Source: the human T2T-CHM13v2.0 reference genome, Homo sapiens. From it: DNA of 64,000 nucleotides. The notes under the pieces were generated by a model. It made no database searches, had not been told where the DNA came from, and worked only from the letters and a program-made list of their open reading frames with translations. The DNA is taken from assembly GCF_009914755.1 (NCBI RefSeq), contig NC_060947.1; one strand, written 5' to 3'. The first letter of the stretch is position 1; the number at the start of each line of letters is the position of its first letter. Below are positions 48,198-60,100 of this stretch, in pieces. The translations under genes were made by a program, and so were the position numbers.

Positions 48198-51105
48198 GGA
48201 TCCCACAGAAAGAGTGTTTCGAAACTGCTGTTTCAAAAGGAATCTTCAACTCTGTGAGTTCAATGCAATCATCACAAAGAAGTTTCTGACAATGCTTCTC
48301 TCTCGTCTTTCTGTGAAGATAAAGGAAAAGGCTTTCAGGACTTTTCCACCACAGGCCTGAAAGCGCTCCAAATGTCCACTTGCAGATTCTGCCAAAAGAA
48401 TATTTCAAAACTGCTCTATGAAAAGCAATGTTAAACTCTGCGGCTCGAACACAAACATCACAAAGCAGTTTCTGAGAATGCTTCAGTTTAGTTTTTCTGT
48501 GGAAATATTCCCGTTTCCAAAGAAATCTTCAAAGAGGTCCACGTATCCACTTACAGATTCTACAAAAAGACAGTTTCAAAACTGCTCAATCAAAAGGAGG
48601 GTTCAACTGTGTGACTTGAATGCAATCATCACTCAGAAGTTTCTGAGAATGCTTCTCTTTAGTTTTTACGTGAACATATACCCGTTTCGAACGAAGGCCA
48701 CCCAGTGGTCCAAATATCCACTTGCAGATTCTACAGAAAGAGTGTTTCGAACCTGAACTCTCAAAGGCAGGTTCATCTCTGCGAGTTAAATGCATTCGTC
48801 ATGAAGAACTTTCTCAGCGTGTTTGTGTTTAGTTATGGGAAATTATTCCCGTTCCCAACGAAATCCTCAGAGAGGTCCAAATGTCCGCCTGCAGATTCTA
48901 CCAAAAGTGTATTTGGAAACTGCTCCATCAACAGGCATGTTCAGCTCTGTGAGTGAAACTCCATCATCACAAAGAATATTCTGAGAATGCTTCCGTTTGC
49001 CTTTTATATTAAGTTCCTTCCTATACGACCGTAGGCCTCAAAGCAGTCCAAATCTCCATTTGCAGATTCTACAAAAAGAGTGATTCCAATCTGCTCTATC
49101 AATAGGATTGTTCAACTCCATGAGTTGAATGCCATCCTCACAAAGTCGTTTCTGAGAATGCTTCTATCTAGTTTTTATGTGAAGATATTTCCTTTTCCAC
49201 CACAGGCCTCAAAGCCCTCCAAACGTCCACTTGCAGATTCTCGAAAAAGAGTGTTTCATAGCTGCTCTTTCAAAAGGAAAGTTCAACTCTGGGAGTTGAA
49301 TACAAACATCACAAAGTAGTTTCCGAGAATGCTTCTGTTTAGTTCTTATGTGAAGATGATCCCGTTTCCAGTGAAATCTTCAAAGAGGTCCACATATCCC
49401 CTTGCAGATTCCAAAGAAAGAGGGTTTCAAAACTGCTCCATCAAAAGGATTGTTCAACTCTGTGAGTGGAATGCAGTCATCGCAGAAAACTTTCTGAGAA
49501 TGCTTCTGTCTAGCTTTGATGTGAAGATATAGACGTTTCAAACGAAGGCTACAAAGTGGTCAAAATATACACTTGCAGATTCTACTACAAGGGTGTTGCA
49601 AACCTGAACTATCAAAGGAAGGTTCAACTCTGTGAGTTGAATACAAACATCACAAAGAATGTTCTGAATTTGCTTCCGTTCAGTTATGGGAAGTTGATCC
49701 CGTTCCCAACGAAATCCTCAGAGAGGTCCAAATATCCCCTTGCAGATTCTACAAAACGTGTGTTTGGAAACTGCTCCATCATAACGAATGTTCAGCTCTC
49801 TGAGTGAAACTCCATCATCACAAAGAATATTCTGAGAATGCTTCCGTTTGCCTTTTATATGAAGTTCCTTCCTATACGACCGTAGGCCTCAAAGCAGTCC
49901 AAATCTCCATTTGCAGATTCTACAAAAAGAGTGATTCCAATCTGCTCTATCAATAGGATTGTTCAACTCCATGAGTTGAATGCCATCCTCACAAAGTCGT
50001 TTCTGAGAATGCTTCTATCTAGTTTTTATGTGAAGATATTTCCTTTTCCACCACAGGCCTCAAAGCCCTCCAAACGTCCACTTGCAGATTCTCGAAAAAG
50101 AGTGTTTCATAGCTGCTCTTTCAAAAGGAAAGTTCAACTCTGGGAGTTGAATACAAACATCACAAAGTAGTTTCCGAGAATGCTTCTGTTTAGTTCTTAT
50201 GTGAAGATGATCCCGTTTCCAGTGAAATCTTCAAAGAGGTCCACATATCCCCTTGCAGATTCCAAAGAAAGAGGGTTTCAAAACTGCTCCATCAAAAGGA
50301 TTGTTCAACTCTGTGAGTTGAATGCAGTCATCGCAGAAAACTTTCTGAGAATGCTTCTGTCTAGGTTTGATGTGAAGATATAGACGTTTCAAACGAAGGC
50401 TACAAAGTGGTCAAAATATACACTTGCAGATTCTACTACAAGGGTGTTGCAAACCTGAACTATCAAAGGAAGGTTCAACTCTGTGAGTTGAATACAAACA
50501 TCGCAAAGAATGTTCTGAGTTTGCTTCCGTTCAGTTATGGGAAGTTGATCCCGTTCCCAACGAAATCCTCAGAGAGGTCCAAATATCCCCTTGCAGATTC
50601 TACAAAACGTGTGTTTGGAAACTGCTCCATCATAACGAATGTTCAGCTCTCTGAGTTAAACTCCATCGTCACAAAGAATTTTCTGAGAGTGCTACCGTCT
50701 AGTTTTTATATGAAGTTCTTTCCTTTACTACCACAGGCCTCAAAGCGGTCCAAATCTCCACTTGCAGATTCTACAAAAAGAGTGTCTGCAAACTGCTCTA
50801 TCAAAAGGAATGTTCAACTCTGGGAGTTGAATGCAATCATCACAGAGCAGTTTCTGAGAATGCTTCTATGTCGTTTTTAGGAGAAGATATTTCCTTTTCC
50901 AACACAGTCCTCCAAGCCCGCTAAATATCCACTTGCACATTGTAGAAAAAGTGTGTCGAAGCTGCGCTATCAAAGGGAAAGTTCTACTCTGTGAGGTGAA
51001 TGCAAACATCCCAAAGAAGTTTCTGAGAATGCTTCCGTTTAGCTTTTAGGTGAAGATTATCCCGTTTCCAACGAAATCTTCAAAGAGGTCCAAATATCCC
51101 CTTGC
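48198..51105 (-). repeat. 17-monomer variant HOR #4 (2908 bp), separated from #3 by two canonical 12-mers
   Basis: BamHI 44084->46141->48198 (2057 bp each), then 48198->51106 (2908 bp). Junction at ~49801-49806. Confidence 0.93.
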
Positions 51106-54100
51106 GGATCCCACAGAAAGAGTGTTTCGAAACTGCTGTTTCAAAAGAAATCTTCAACTCTGTGAGTTGAATGCAATCATCACAAAGAAGTTTCTGACAA
51201 TGCTTCTCTCTCGTCTTTCTGCGAAGATAAAGGAAAAGGCTTTCAGGCCTTTTCCACCACAGGCCTGAAAGCGCTCCAAATGTCCACTTGCAGATTCTGC
51301 CAAAAGAATATTTCAAAACTGCTCTATGAAAAGCAATGTTAAACTCTGCGGCTCGAACACAAACATCACAAAGCAGTTTCTGAGAATGCTTCAGTTTAGT
51401 TTTTCTGTGGAAATATTCCCGTTTCCAAAGAAATCTTCAAAGAGGTCCACGTATCCACTTACAGATTCTACAAAAAGACAGTTTCAAAACTGCTCAATCA
51501 AAAGGAGGGTTCAACTGTGTGACTTGAATGCAATCATCACTCAGAAGTTTCTGAGAATTCTTCTCTTTAGTTTTTACGTGAACATATACCCGTTTCGAAC
51601 GAAGGCCACCCAGTGGTCCAAATATCAACTTGCAGATTCTACAGAAAGAGTGTTTCGAACCTGAACTCTCAAAGGCAGGTTCATCTCTGCGAGTTAAATG
51701 CATTCGTCATGAAGAACTTTCTCAGCGTGTTTGTGTTTAGTTATGGGAAATTATTCCCGTTCCCAACGAAATCCTCAGAGAGGTCCAAATGTCCACCTGC
51801 AGATTCTACCAAAGTGTATTTGGAAACTGCTCCATCAACAGGCATGTTCAGCTCTGTGAGTGAAACTCCATCATCACAAAGAATATTCTGAGAATGCTTC
51901 CGTTTGCCTTTTATATGAAGTTCCTTCCTATACGACCGTAGGCCTCAAAGCAGTCCAAATCTCCATTTGCAGATTCTACAAAAAGAGTGATTCCAATCTG
52001 CTCTATCAATAGGATTGTTCAACTCCATGAGTTGAATGCCATCCTCACAAAGTCGTTTCTGAGAATGCTTCTATCTAGTTTTTATGTGAAGATATTTCCT
52101 TTTCCACCACAGGCCTCAAAGCCCTCCAAACGTCCACTTGCAGATTCTCGAAAAAGAGTGTTTCATAGCTGCTCTTTCAAAAGGAAAGTTCAACTCTGGG
52201 AGTTGAATACAAACATCACAAAGTAGTTTCCGAGAATGCTTCTGTTTAGTTCTTATGTGAAGATGATCCCGTTTCCAGTCAAATCTTCAAAGAGGTCCAC
52301 ATATCCCCTTGCAGATTCCAAAGAAAGAGGGTTTCAAAACTGCTCCATCAAAAGGATTGTTCAACTCTGTGAGTTGAATGCAGTCTTCGCAGAAAACTTT
52401 CTGAGAATGCTTCTGTCTAGGTTTGATGTGAAGATATAGACGTTTCAAACGAAGGCTACAAAGTGGTCAAAATATACACTTGCAGATTCTACTACAAGGG
52501 TGTTGCAAACCTGAACTATCAAAGGAAGGTTCAACTCTGTGAGTTGAATACAAACATCGCAAAGAATGTTCTGAGTTTGCTTCCGTTCAGTTATGGGAAG
52601 TTGATCCCGTTCCCAACGAAATCCTCAGAGAGGTCCAAATATCCCCTTGCAGATTCTACAAAACGTGTGTTTGGAAACTGCTCCATCATAACGAATGTTC
52701 AGCTCTCTGAGTTAAACTCCATCGTCACAAAGAATTTTCTGAGAGTGCTACCGTCTAGTTTTTATATGAAGTTCTTTCCTTTACTACCACAGGCCTCAAA
52801 GCGGTCCAAATCTCCACTTGCAGATTCTACAAAAAGATTGTCTGCAAACTGCTCTATCAAAAGGAATGTTCAACTCTGGGAGTTGAATGCAATCATCACA
52901 GAGCAGTTTCTGAGAATGCTTCTATGTCGTTTTTAGGAGAAGATATTTCCTTTTCCAACACAGTCCTCCAAGCCCGCTAAATATCCACTTGCACATTGTA
53001 GAAAAAGTGTGTCGAAGCTGCACTATCAAAGGGAAAGTTCAACTCTGTGAGGTGAATGCAAACATCCCAAAGAAGTTTCTGAGAATGCTTCCGTTTAGCT
53101 TTTAGGTGAAGATTATCCCGTTTGCAACGAAATCTTCAAAGAGGTCCAAATATCCCCTTGCGGATCCCACAGAAAGAGTGTTTCGAAACTGCTGTTTCAA
53201 AAGGAATCTTCAACTCTGTGAGTTGAATGCAATCATCACAAAGAAGTTTCTGACAATGCTTCTCTCTCGTCTTTCTGTGAAGATAAAGGAAAAGGCTTTC
53301 AGGCCTTTTCCACCACAGGCCTGAAAGCGCTCCAAATGTCCACTTGCAGATTCTGCCAAAAGAATATTTCAAAACTGCTCTATGAAAAGCAATGTTAAAC
53401 TCTGCGGCTCGAACACAAACATCACAAAGCAGTTTCTGAGAATGCTTCAGTTTAGTTTTTCTGTGGAAATATTCCCGTTTCCAAAGAAATCTTCAAAGAG
53501 GTCCACGTATCCACTTACAGATTCTACAAAAAGACAGTTTCAAAACTGCTCAATCAAAAGGAGGGTTCAACTGTGTGACTTGAATGCAATCATCACTCAG
53601 AAGTTTCTGAGAATGCTTCTCTTTAGTTTTTACGTGAACATATACCCGTTTCGAACGAAGGCCACCCAGTGGTCCAAATATCCACTTGCAGATTCTACAG
53701 AAAGTGTGTTTCGAACCTGAACGCTCAAAGGCAGGTTCATCTCTGTGAGTTAAATGCATTCGTCATGAAGAACTTTCTCAGCGTGTTTGTGTTTAGTTAT
53801 GGGAAATTATTCCCGTTCCCAACGAAATCCTCAGAGAGGTCCAAATATCCACCTGCAGATTCTACCAAAAGTGTATTTGGAAACTGCTCCATCAACAGGC
53901 ATGTTCAGCTCTGTGAGTGAAACTCCATCATCACAAAGAATATTCTGAGAATGCTTCCGTTTGCCTTTTATATGAAGTTCCTTCCTATACGACCGTAGGC
54001 CTCAAAGCAGTCCAAATCTCCATTTGCAGATTCTACAAAAAGAGTGATTCCAATCTGCTCTATCAATAGGATTGTTCAACTCCATGAGTTGAATGCCATC

Positions 54101-57100
54101 CTCACAAAGTCGTTTCTGAGAATGCTTCTATCTAGTTTTTATGTGAAGATATTTCCTTTTCCACCACAGGCCTCAAAGCCCTCCAAACGTCCACTTGCAG
54201 ATTCTCGAAAAAGAGTGTTTCATAGCTGCTCTTTCAAAAGGAAAGTTCAACTCTGGGAGTTGAATACAAACATCACAAAGTAGTTTCCGAGAATGCTTCT
54301 GTTTAGTTCTTATGTGAAGATGATCCCGTTTCCAGTGAAATCTTCAAAGAGGTCCACATATCCCCTTGCAGATTCCAAAGAAAGAGGGTTTCAAAACTGC
54401 TCCATCAAAAGGATTGTTCAACTCTGTGAGTTGAATGCAGTCATCGCAGAAAACTTTCTGAGAATGCTTCTGTCTAGGTTTGATGTGAAGATATAGAGGT
54501 TTCAAACGAAGCCTACAAAGTGGTCAAAATATACACTTGCAGATTCTACTACAAGGGTGTTGCAAACCTGAACTATCAAAGGAAGGTTCAACTCTGTGAG
54601 TTGAATCCAAACGTCGCAAAGAATGCTCTGAGTTTGCTTCCGTTCAGTTATGGGAAGTTGATCCCGTTCCCAACGAAATCCTCAGAGAGGTCCAAATATC
54701 CCCTTGCAGATTCTACAAAACGTGTGTTTGGAAACTGCTCCATTATAACGAATGTTCAGCTCTCTGAGTTAAACTCCATCGTCACAAAGAATTTTCTGAG
54801 AGTGCTACCGTCTAGTTTTTATATGAAGTTCTTTCCTTTACTACCACAGGCCTCAAAGCGGTCCAAATCTCCACTTACAGATTCTACAAAAACAGTGTCT
54901 GCAAACTGCTCTATCAAAAGGAATGTTCAACTCTGGGAGTTGAATGCAATCATCACAGAGCAGTTTCTGAGAATGCTTCTATGTCGTTTTTAGGAGAAGA
55001 TATTTCCTTTTCCAACACAGTCCTCCAAGCCCGCTAAATATCCACTTGCACATTGTAGAAAAAGGTGTCGAAGCTGCGCTATCAAAGGGAAAGTTCAACT
55101 CTGTGAGGTGAATGCAAACATCCCAAAGAAGTTTCTGAGAATGCTTCCGTTTAGCTTTTAGGTGAAGATTATCCCGTTTGCAACGAAACCTTCAAAGAGG
55201 TCCAAATATCCCCTTGCGGATCCCACAGAAAGAGTGTTTCGAAACTGCTGTTTCAAAAGGAATCTTCAACTCTGTGAGTTGAATGCAATCATCACAAAGA
55301 AGTTTCTGACAATGCTTCTCTCTCGTCTTTCTGTGAAGATAAAGGAAAAGGCTTTCAGGCCTTTTCCACCACAGGCCTGAAAGCGCTCCAAATGTCCACT
55401 TGCAGATTCTGCCAAAAGAATATTTCAAAACTGCTCTATGAAAAGCAATGTTAAACTCTGTGGCTCGAACACAAACATCACAAAGCGGTTTCTGAGAATG
55501 CTTCAGTTTAGTTTTTCTGTGGAAATATTCCCGTTTCCAAAGAAATCTTCAAAGAGGTCCACGTATCCACTTACAGATTCTACAAAAAGACAGTTTCAAA
55601 ACTGCTCAATCAAAAGGAGGGTTCAACTGTGTGACTTGAATGCAATCATCACTCAGAACTTTCTGAGAATGCTTCTCTCTAGTTTTTACGTGAACATATA
55701 CCCGTTTCGAACGAAGGCCACCCAGTGGTCCAAATATCCACTTGCAGATTCTACAGAAAGAGTGTTTCGAACCTGAACTCTCAAAGGCAGGTTCATCTCT
55801 GTGAGTTAAATGCATTCGTCATGAAGAACTTTCTCAGCGTGTTTGTGTTTAGTTATGGGAAATTATTCCCGTTCCCAACGAAATCCTCAGAGAGGTCCAA
55901 ATGTCCACCTGCAGATTCTAACAAAAGTGTATTTGGAAACTGCTCCATCAACAGGCATGTTCAGCTCTGTGAGTGAAACTCCATCATCACAAAGAATATT
56001 CTGAGAATGCTTCCGTTTACCTTTTATATGAAGTTCCTTCCTATACGACCGTAGGCCTCAAAGCAGTCCAAATCTCCATTTGCAGATTCTACAAAAAGAG
56101 TGATTCCAATCTGCTCTATCAATAGGATTGTTCAACTCCATGAGTTGAATGCCATCCTCACAAAGTCGTTTCTGAGAATGCTTCTATCTATTTTTTATGT
56201 GAAGATATTTCCTTTTCCACCACAGGCCTCAAAGCCCTCCAAACGTCCACTTGCAGATTCTCGAAAAAGAGTGTTTCATAGCTGCTCTTTCAAAAGGAAA
56301 GTTCAACTCTGGGAGTTGAATACAAACATCACAAAGTAGTTTCCGAGAATGCTTCTGTTTAGTTCTTATGTGAAGATGATCCCGTTTCCAGTGAAATCTT
56401 CAAAGAGGTCCACATATCCCCTTGCAGATCCCAAAGAAAGAGGGTTTCAAAACTGCTCCATCAAAAGGATTGTTCAACTCTGTGAGTTGAATGCAGTCAT
56501 CGCAGAAAACTTTCTGAGAATGCTTCTGTCTAGGTTTGATGTGAAGATATAGACGTTTCAAACGAAGGCTACAAAGTGGTCAAAATATACACTTGCAGAT
56601 TCTACTACAAGGGTGTTGCAAACCTGAACTATCAAAGGAAGGTTCAACTCTGTGGGTTGAATACAAACATCGCAAAGAATGTTCTGAGTTTGCTTCCGTT
56701 CAGTTATGGGAAGTTGATCCCGTTTCCAACGAAATCCTCAGAGAGGTCCAAATATCCCCTTGCAGATTCTACAAAACGTGTGTTTGGAAACTGCTCCATC
56801 ATAACGAATGTTCTGCTCCCTGAGTTAAACTCCATTGTCACAAGGAATTTTCTGAGAGTGCTACCGTCTAGTTTTTATATGAAGTTCTTTCCTTTACTAC
56901 CACAGGCCTCAAAGCGGTCCAAATCTCCACTTGCAGATTCTACAAAAAGAGTGTCTGCAAACTGCTCTATCAAAAGGAATGTTCAAATCTGGGAGTTGAA
57001 TGCAATCATCACAGAGCAGTTTCTGAGAATGCTTCTATGTCGTTTTTAGGAGAAGATATTTCCTTTTCCAACACAGTCCTCCAAGCCCGCTAAATATCCA

Positions 57101-60100
57101 CTTGCACATTGTAGAAAAAGTGTGTCGAAGCTGCGCTATCAAAGGGAAAGTTCAACTCTGTGAGGTGAATGCAAACATCCCAAAGAAGTTTCTGAGAATG
57201 CTTCCGTTTAGCTTTTAGGTGAAGATTATCCCGTTTCCAACGAAATCTTCAAAGAGGTCCAAATATCCCCTTGCGGATCCCACAGAAAGAGTGTTTCGAA
57301 ACTGCTGTTTCAAAAGGAATCTTCAACTCTTTGAGTTGAATGCAATCATCACAAAGAAGTTTCTGACAATGCTTCTCTCTCGTCTTTCTGTGAAGATAAA
57401 GGAAAAGGCTTTCAGGCCTTTTCCACCACAGGCCTGAAAGCGCTCCAAATGTCCACTTGCAGATTCTGCCAAAAGAATATTTCAAAACTGCTCTATGAAA
57501 AGCAATGTTAAACTCTGTGGCTCGAACACAAACATCACAAAGCAGTTTCTGAGAATGCTTCAGTTTAGTTTTTCTGTGGAAGTCTTCCCGTTTCCAAAGA
57601 AATCTTCAAAGAGGTCCACGTATCCACTTACAGATTCTACAAAAAGACAGTTTCAAAACTGCTCAATCAAAAGGAGGGTTCAACTGTGTGACTTGAATGC
57701 AATCATCACTCAGAAGTTTCTGAGAATGCTTCTCTTTAGTTTTTACGTGAACATATACCCGTTTCGAACGAAGGCCACCCAGTGGTCCAAATATCCACTT
57801 GCAGATTATACAGAAAGAGTGTTTCGAACCTGAACTCTCAAAGGCAGGTTCATCTCTGCGAGTTAAATGCATTCATCATGAAGAACTTTCTCAGCGTGTT
57901 TGTGTTTAGTTATGGGAAATTATTCCCGTTCCAAACGAAATCCTCAGAGAGGTCCAAATGTCCACCTGCAGATTCTACCAAAAGTGTATTTGGAAACTGC
58001 TCCATCAACAGGCATGTTCAGCTCTGTGAGTGAAACTCCATCATCACAAACAATATTCTGAGAATGCTTCCGTTTGCCTATTGTATGAAGTTCCTTCCTA
58101 TACGACCGTAGGCCTCAAAGCAGTCCAAATCTCCATTTGCAGATTCTACAAAAAGAGTGATTCCAATCTGCTCTATCAATAGGATTGTTCAACTCCATGA
58201 GTTGAATGCCATCCTCACAAAGTCGTTTCTGAGAATGCTTCTATCTAGTTTTTATGTGAAGATATTTCCTTTTCCACCACAGGCCTCAAAGCCCTCCAAA
58301 CGTCCACTTGCAGATTCTCGAAAAAGAGTGTTTCATAGCTGCTCTTTCAAAAGGAAAGTTCAACACTGGGAGTTGAATACAAACATCACAAAGTAGTTTC
58401 CGAGAATGCTTCTGTTTAGTTCTTATGTGAAGATGATCCCGTTTCCAGTGAAATCTTCAAAGACGTCCACATATCCCCTTGCAGATTCCAAAGAAAGAGG
58501 GTTTCAAAACTGCTCCATCAAAAGGATTGTTCAACTCTGTGAGTTGAATGCAGTCATCGCAGAAAACTTTCTGAGAATGCTTCTGTCTAGGTTTGATGTG
58601 AAGATATAGCCGTTTCAAACGAAGGCTACAAAGTGGTCAAAATATACACTTGCAGATTCTACTACAAGGGTGTTGCAAACCTGAACTATCAAAGGAAGGT
58701 TCAACTCTGTGAGTTGAATACAAACATCGCAAAGAATGTTCTGAGTTTGCTTCCGTTCAGTTATGGGAAGTTGATCCCGTTCCCAACGAAATCCTCAGAG
58801 AGGTCCAAATATCCCCTTGCAGATTCTACAAAACGTGTGTTTGGAAACTGCCCCATCATAACGAATGTTCAGCTCTCTGAGTTAAACTCCATCGTCACAA
58901 AGAATTTTCTGAGAGTGCTACCGTCTAGTTTTTATATGAAGTTCTTTCCTTTACTACCACAGGCCTCAAAGCGGTCCAAATCTCCACTTGCAGATTCTAC
59001 AAAAAGAGTGTCTGCAAACTGCTCTATCAAAAGGAATGTTCAACTCTGGGAGTTGAATGCAATCATCACAGAGCAGTTTCTGAGAATGCTTCTATGTCGT
59101 TTTTAGGAGAAGATATTTCCTTTTCCAACACAGTCCTCCAAGCCCGCTAAATATCCACTTGCACATTGTAGAAAAAGTGTGTCGAAGCTGCGCTATCAAA
59201 GGGAAAGTTCAACTCTGTGAGGTGAATGCAAACATCCCAAAGAAGTTTCTGAGAATGCTTCCGTTTAGCTTTTAGGTGAAGATTATCCCGTTTGCAACGA
59301 AATCTTCAAAGAGGTCCAAATATCCCCTTGCGGATCCCACAGAAAGAGTGTTTCGAAACTGCTGTTTCAAAAGGAATCTTCAACTCTGTGAGTTGAATGC
59401 AATCATCACAAAGAAGTTTCTGACAATGCTTCTCTCTCGTCTTTCTGTGAAGATAAAGGAAAAGGCTTTCAGGCCTTTTCCACCACAGGCCTGAAAGCGC
59501 TCCAAATGTCCACTTGCAGATTCTGCCAAAAGAATATTTCAAAACTGCTCTATGAAAAGCAATGTTAAACTCTGCGGCTCGAACACAAACATCACAAAGC
59601 AGTTTCTGAGAATGCTTCAGTTTAGTTTTTCTGTGGAAATATTCCCGTTTCCAAAGAAATCTTCAAAGAGGTCCACGTATCCACTTACAGATTCTACAAA
59701 AAGACAGTTTCAAAACTGCTCAATCAAAAGGAGGGTTCAACTGTGTGACTTGAATGCAATCATCACTCAGAACTTTCTGAGAATGCTTCTCTTTAGTTTT
59801 TACGTGAACATATACCCGTTTCGAACGAAGGCCACACAGTGGTCCAAATATCCACTTGCAGATTCTACAGAAAGAGTGTTTCGAACCTGAACTCTCAAAG
59901 GCAGGTTCATCTCTGCGAGTTAAATGCATTCGTCATGAAGAACTTTCTCAGCGTGTTTGTGTTTAGTTATGGGAAATTATTCCCGTTCCCAACGAAATCC
60001 TCAGAGAGGTCCAAATGTCCACCTGCAGATTCTACCAAAAGTGTATATGGAAACTGCTCCATCAACAGGCATGTTCAGCTCTGTGAGTGAAACTCCATCA

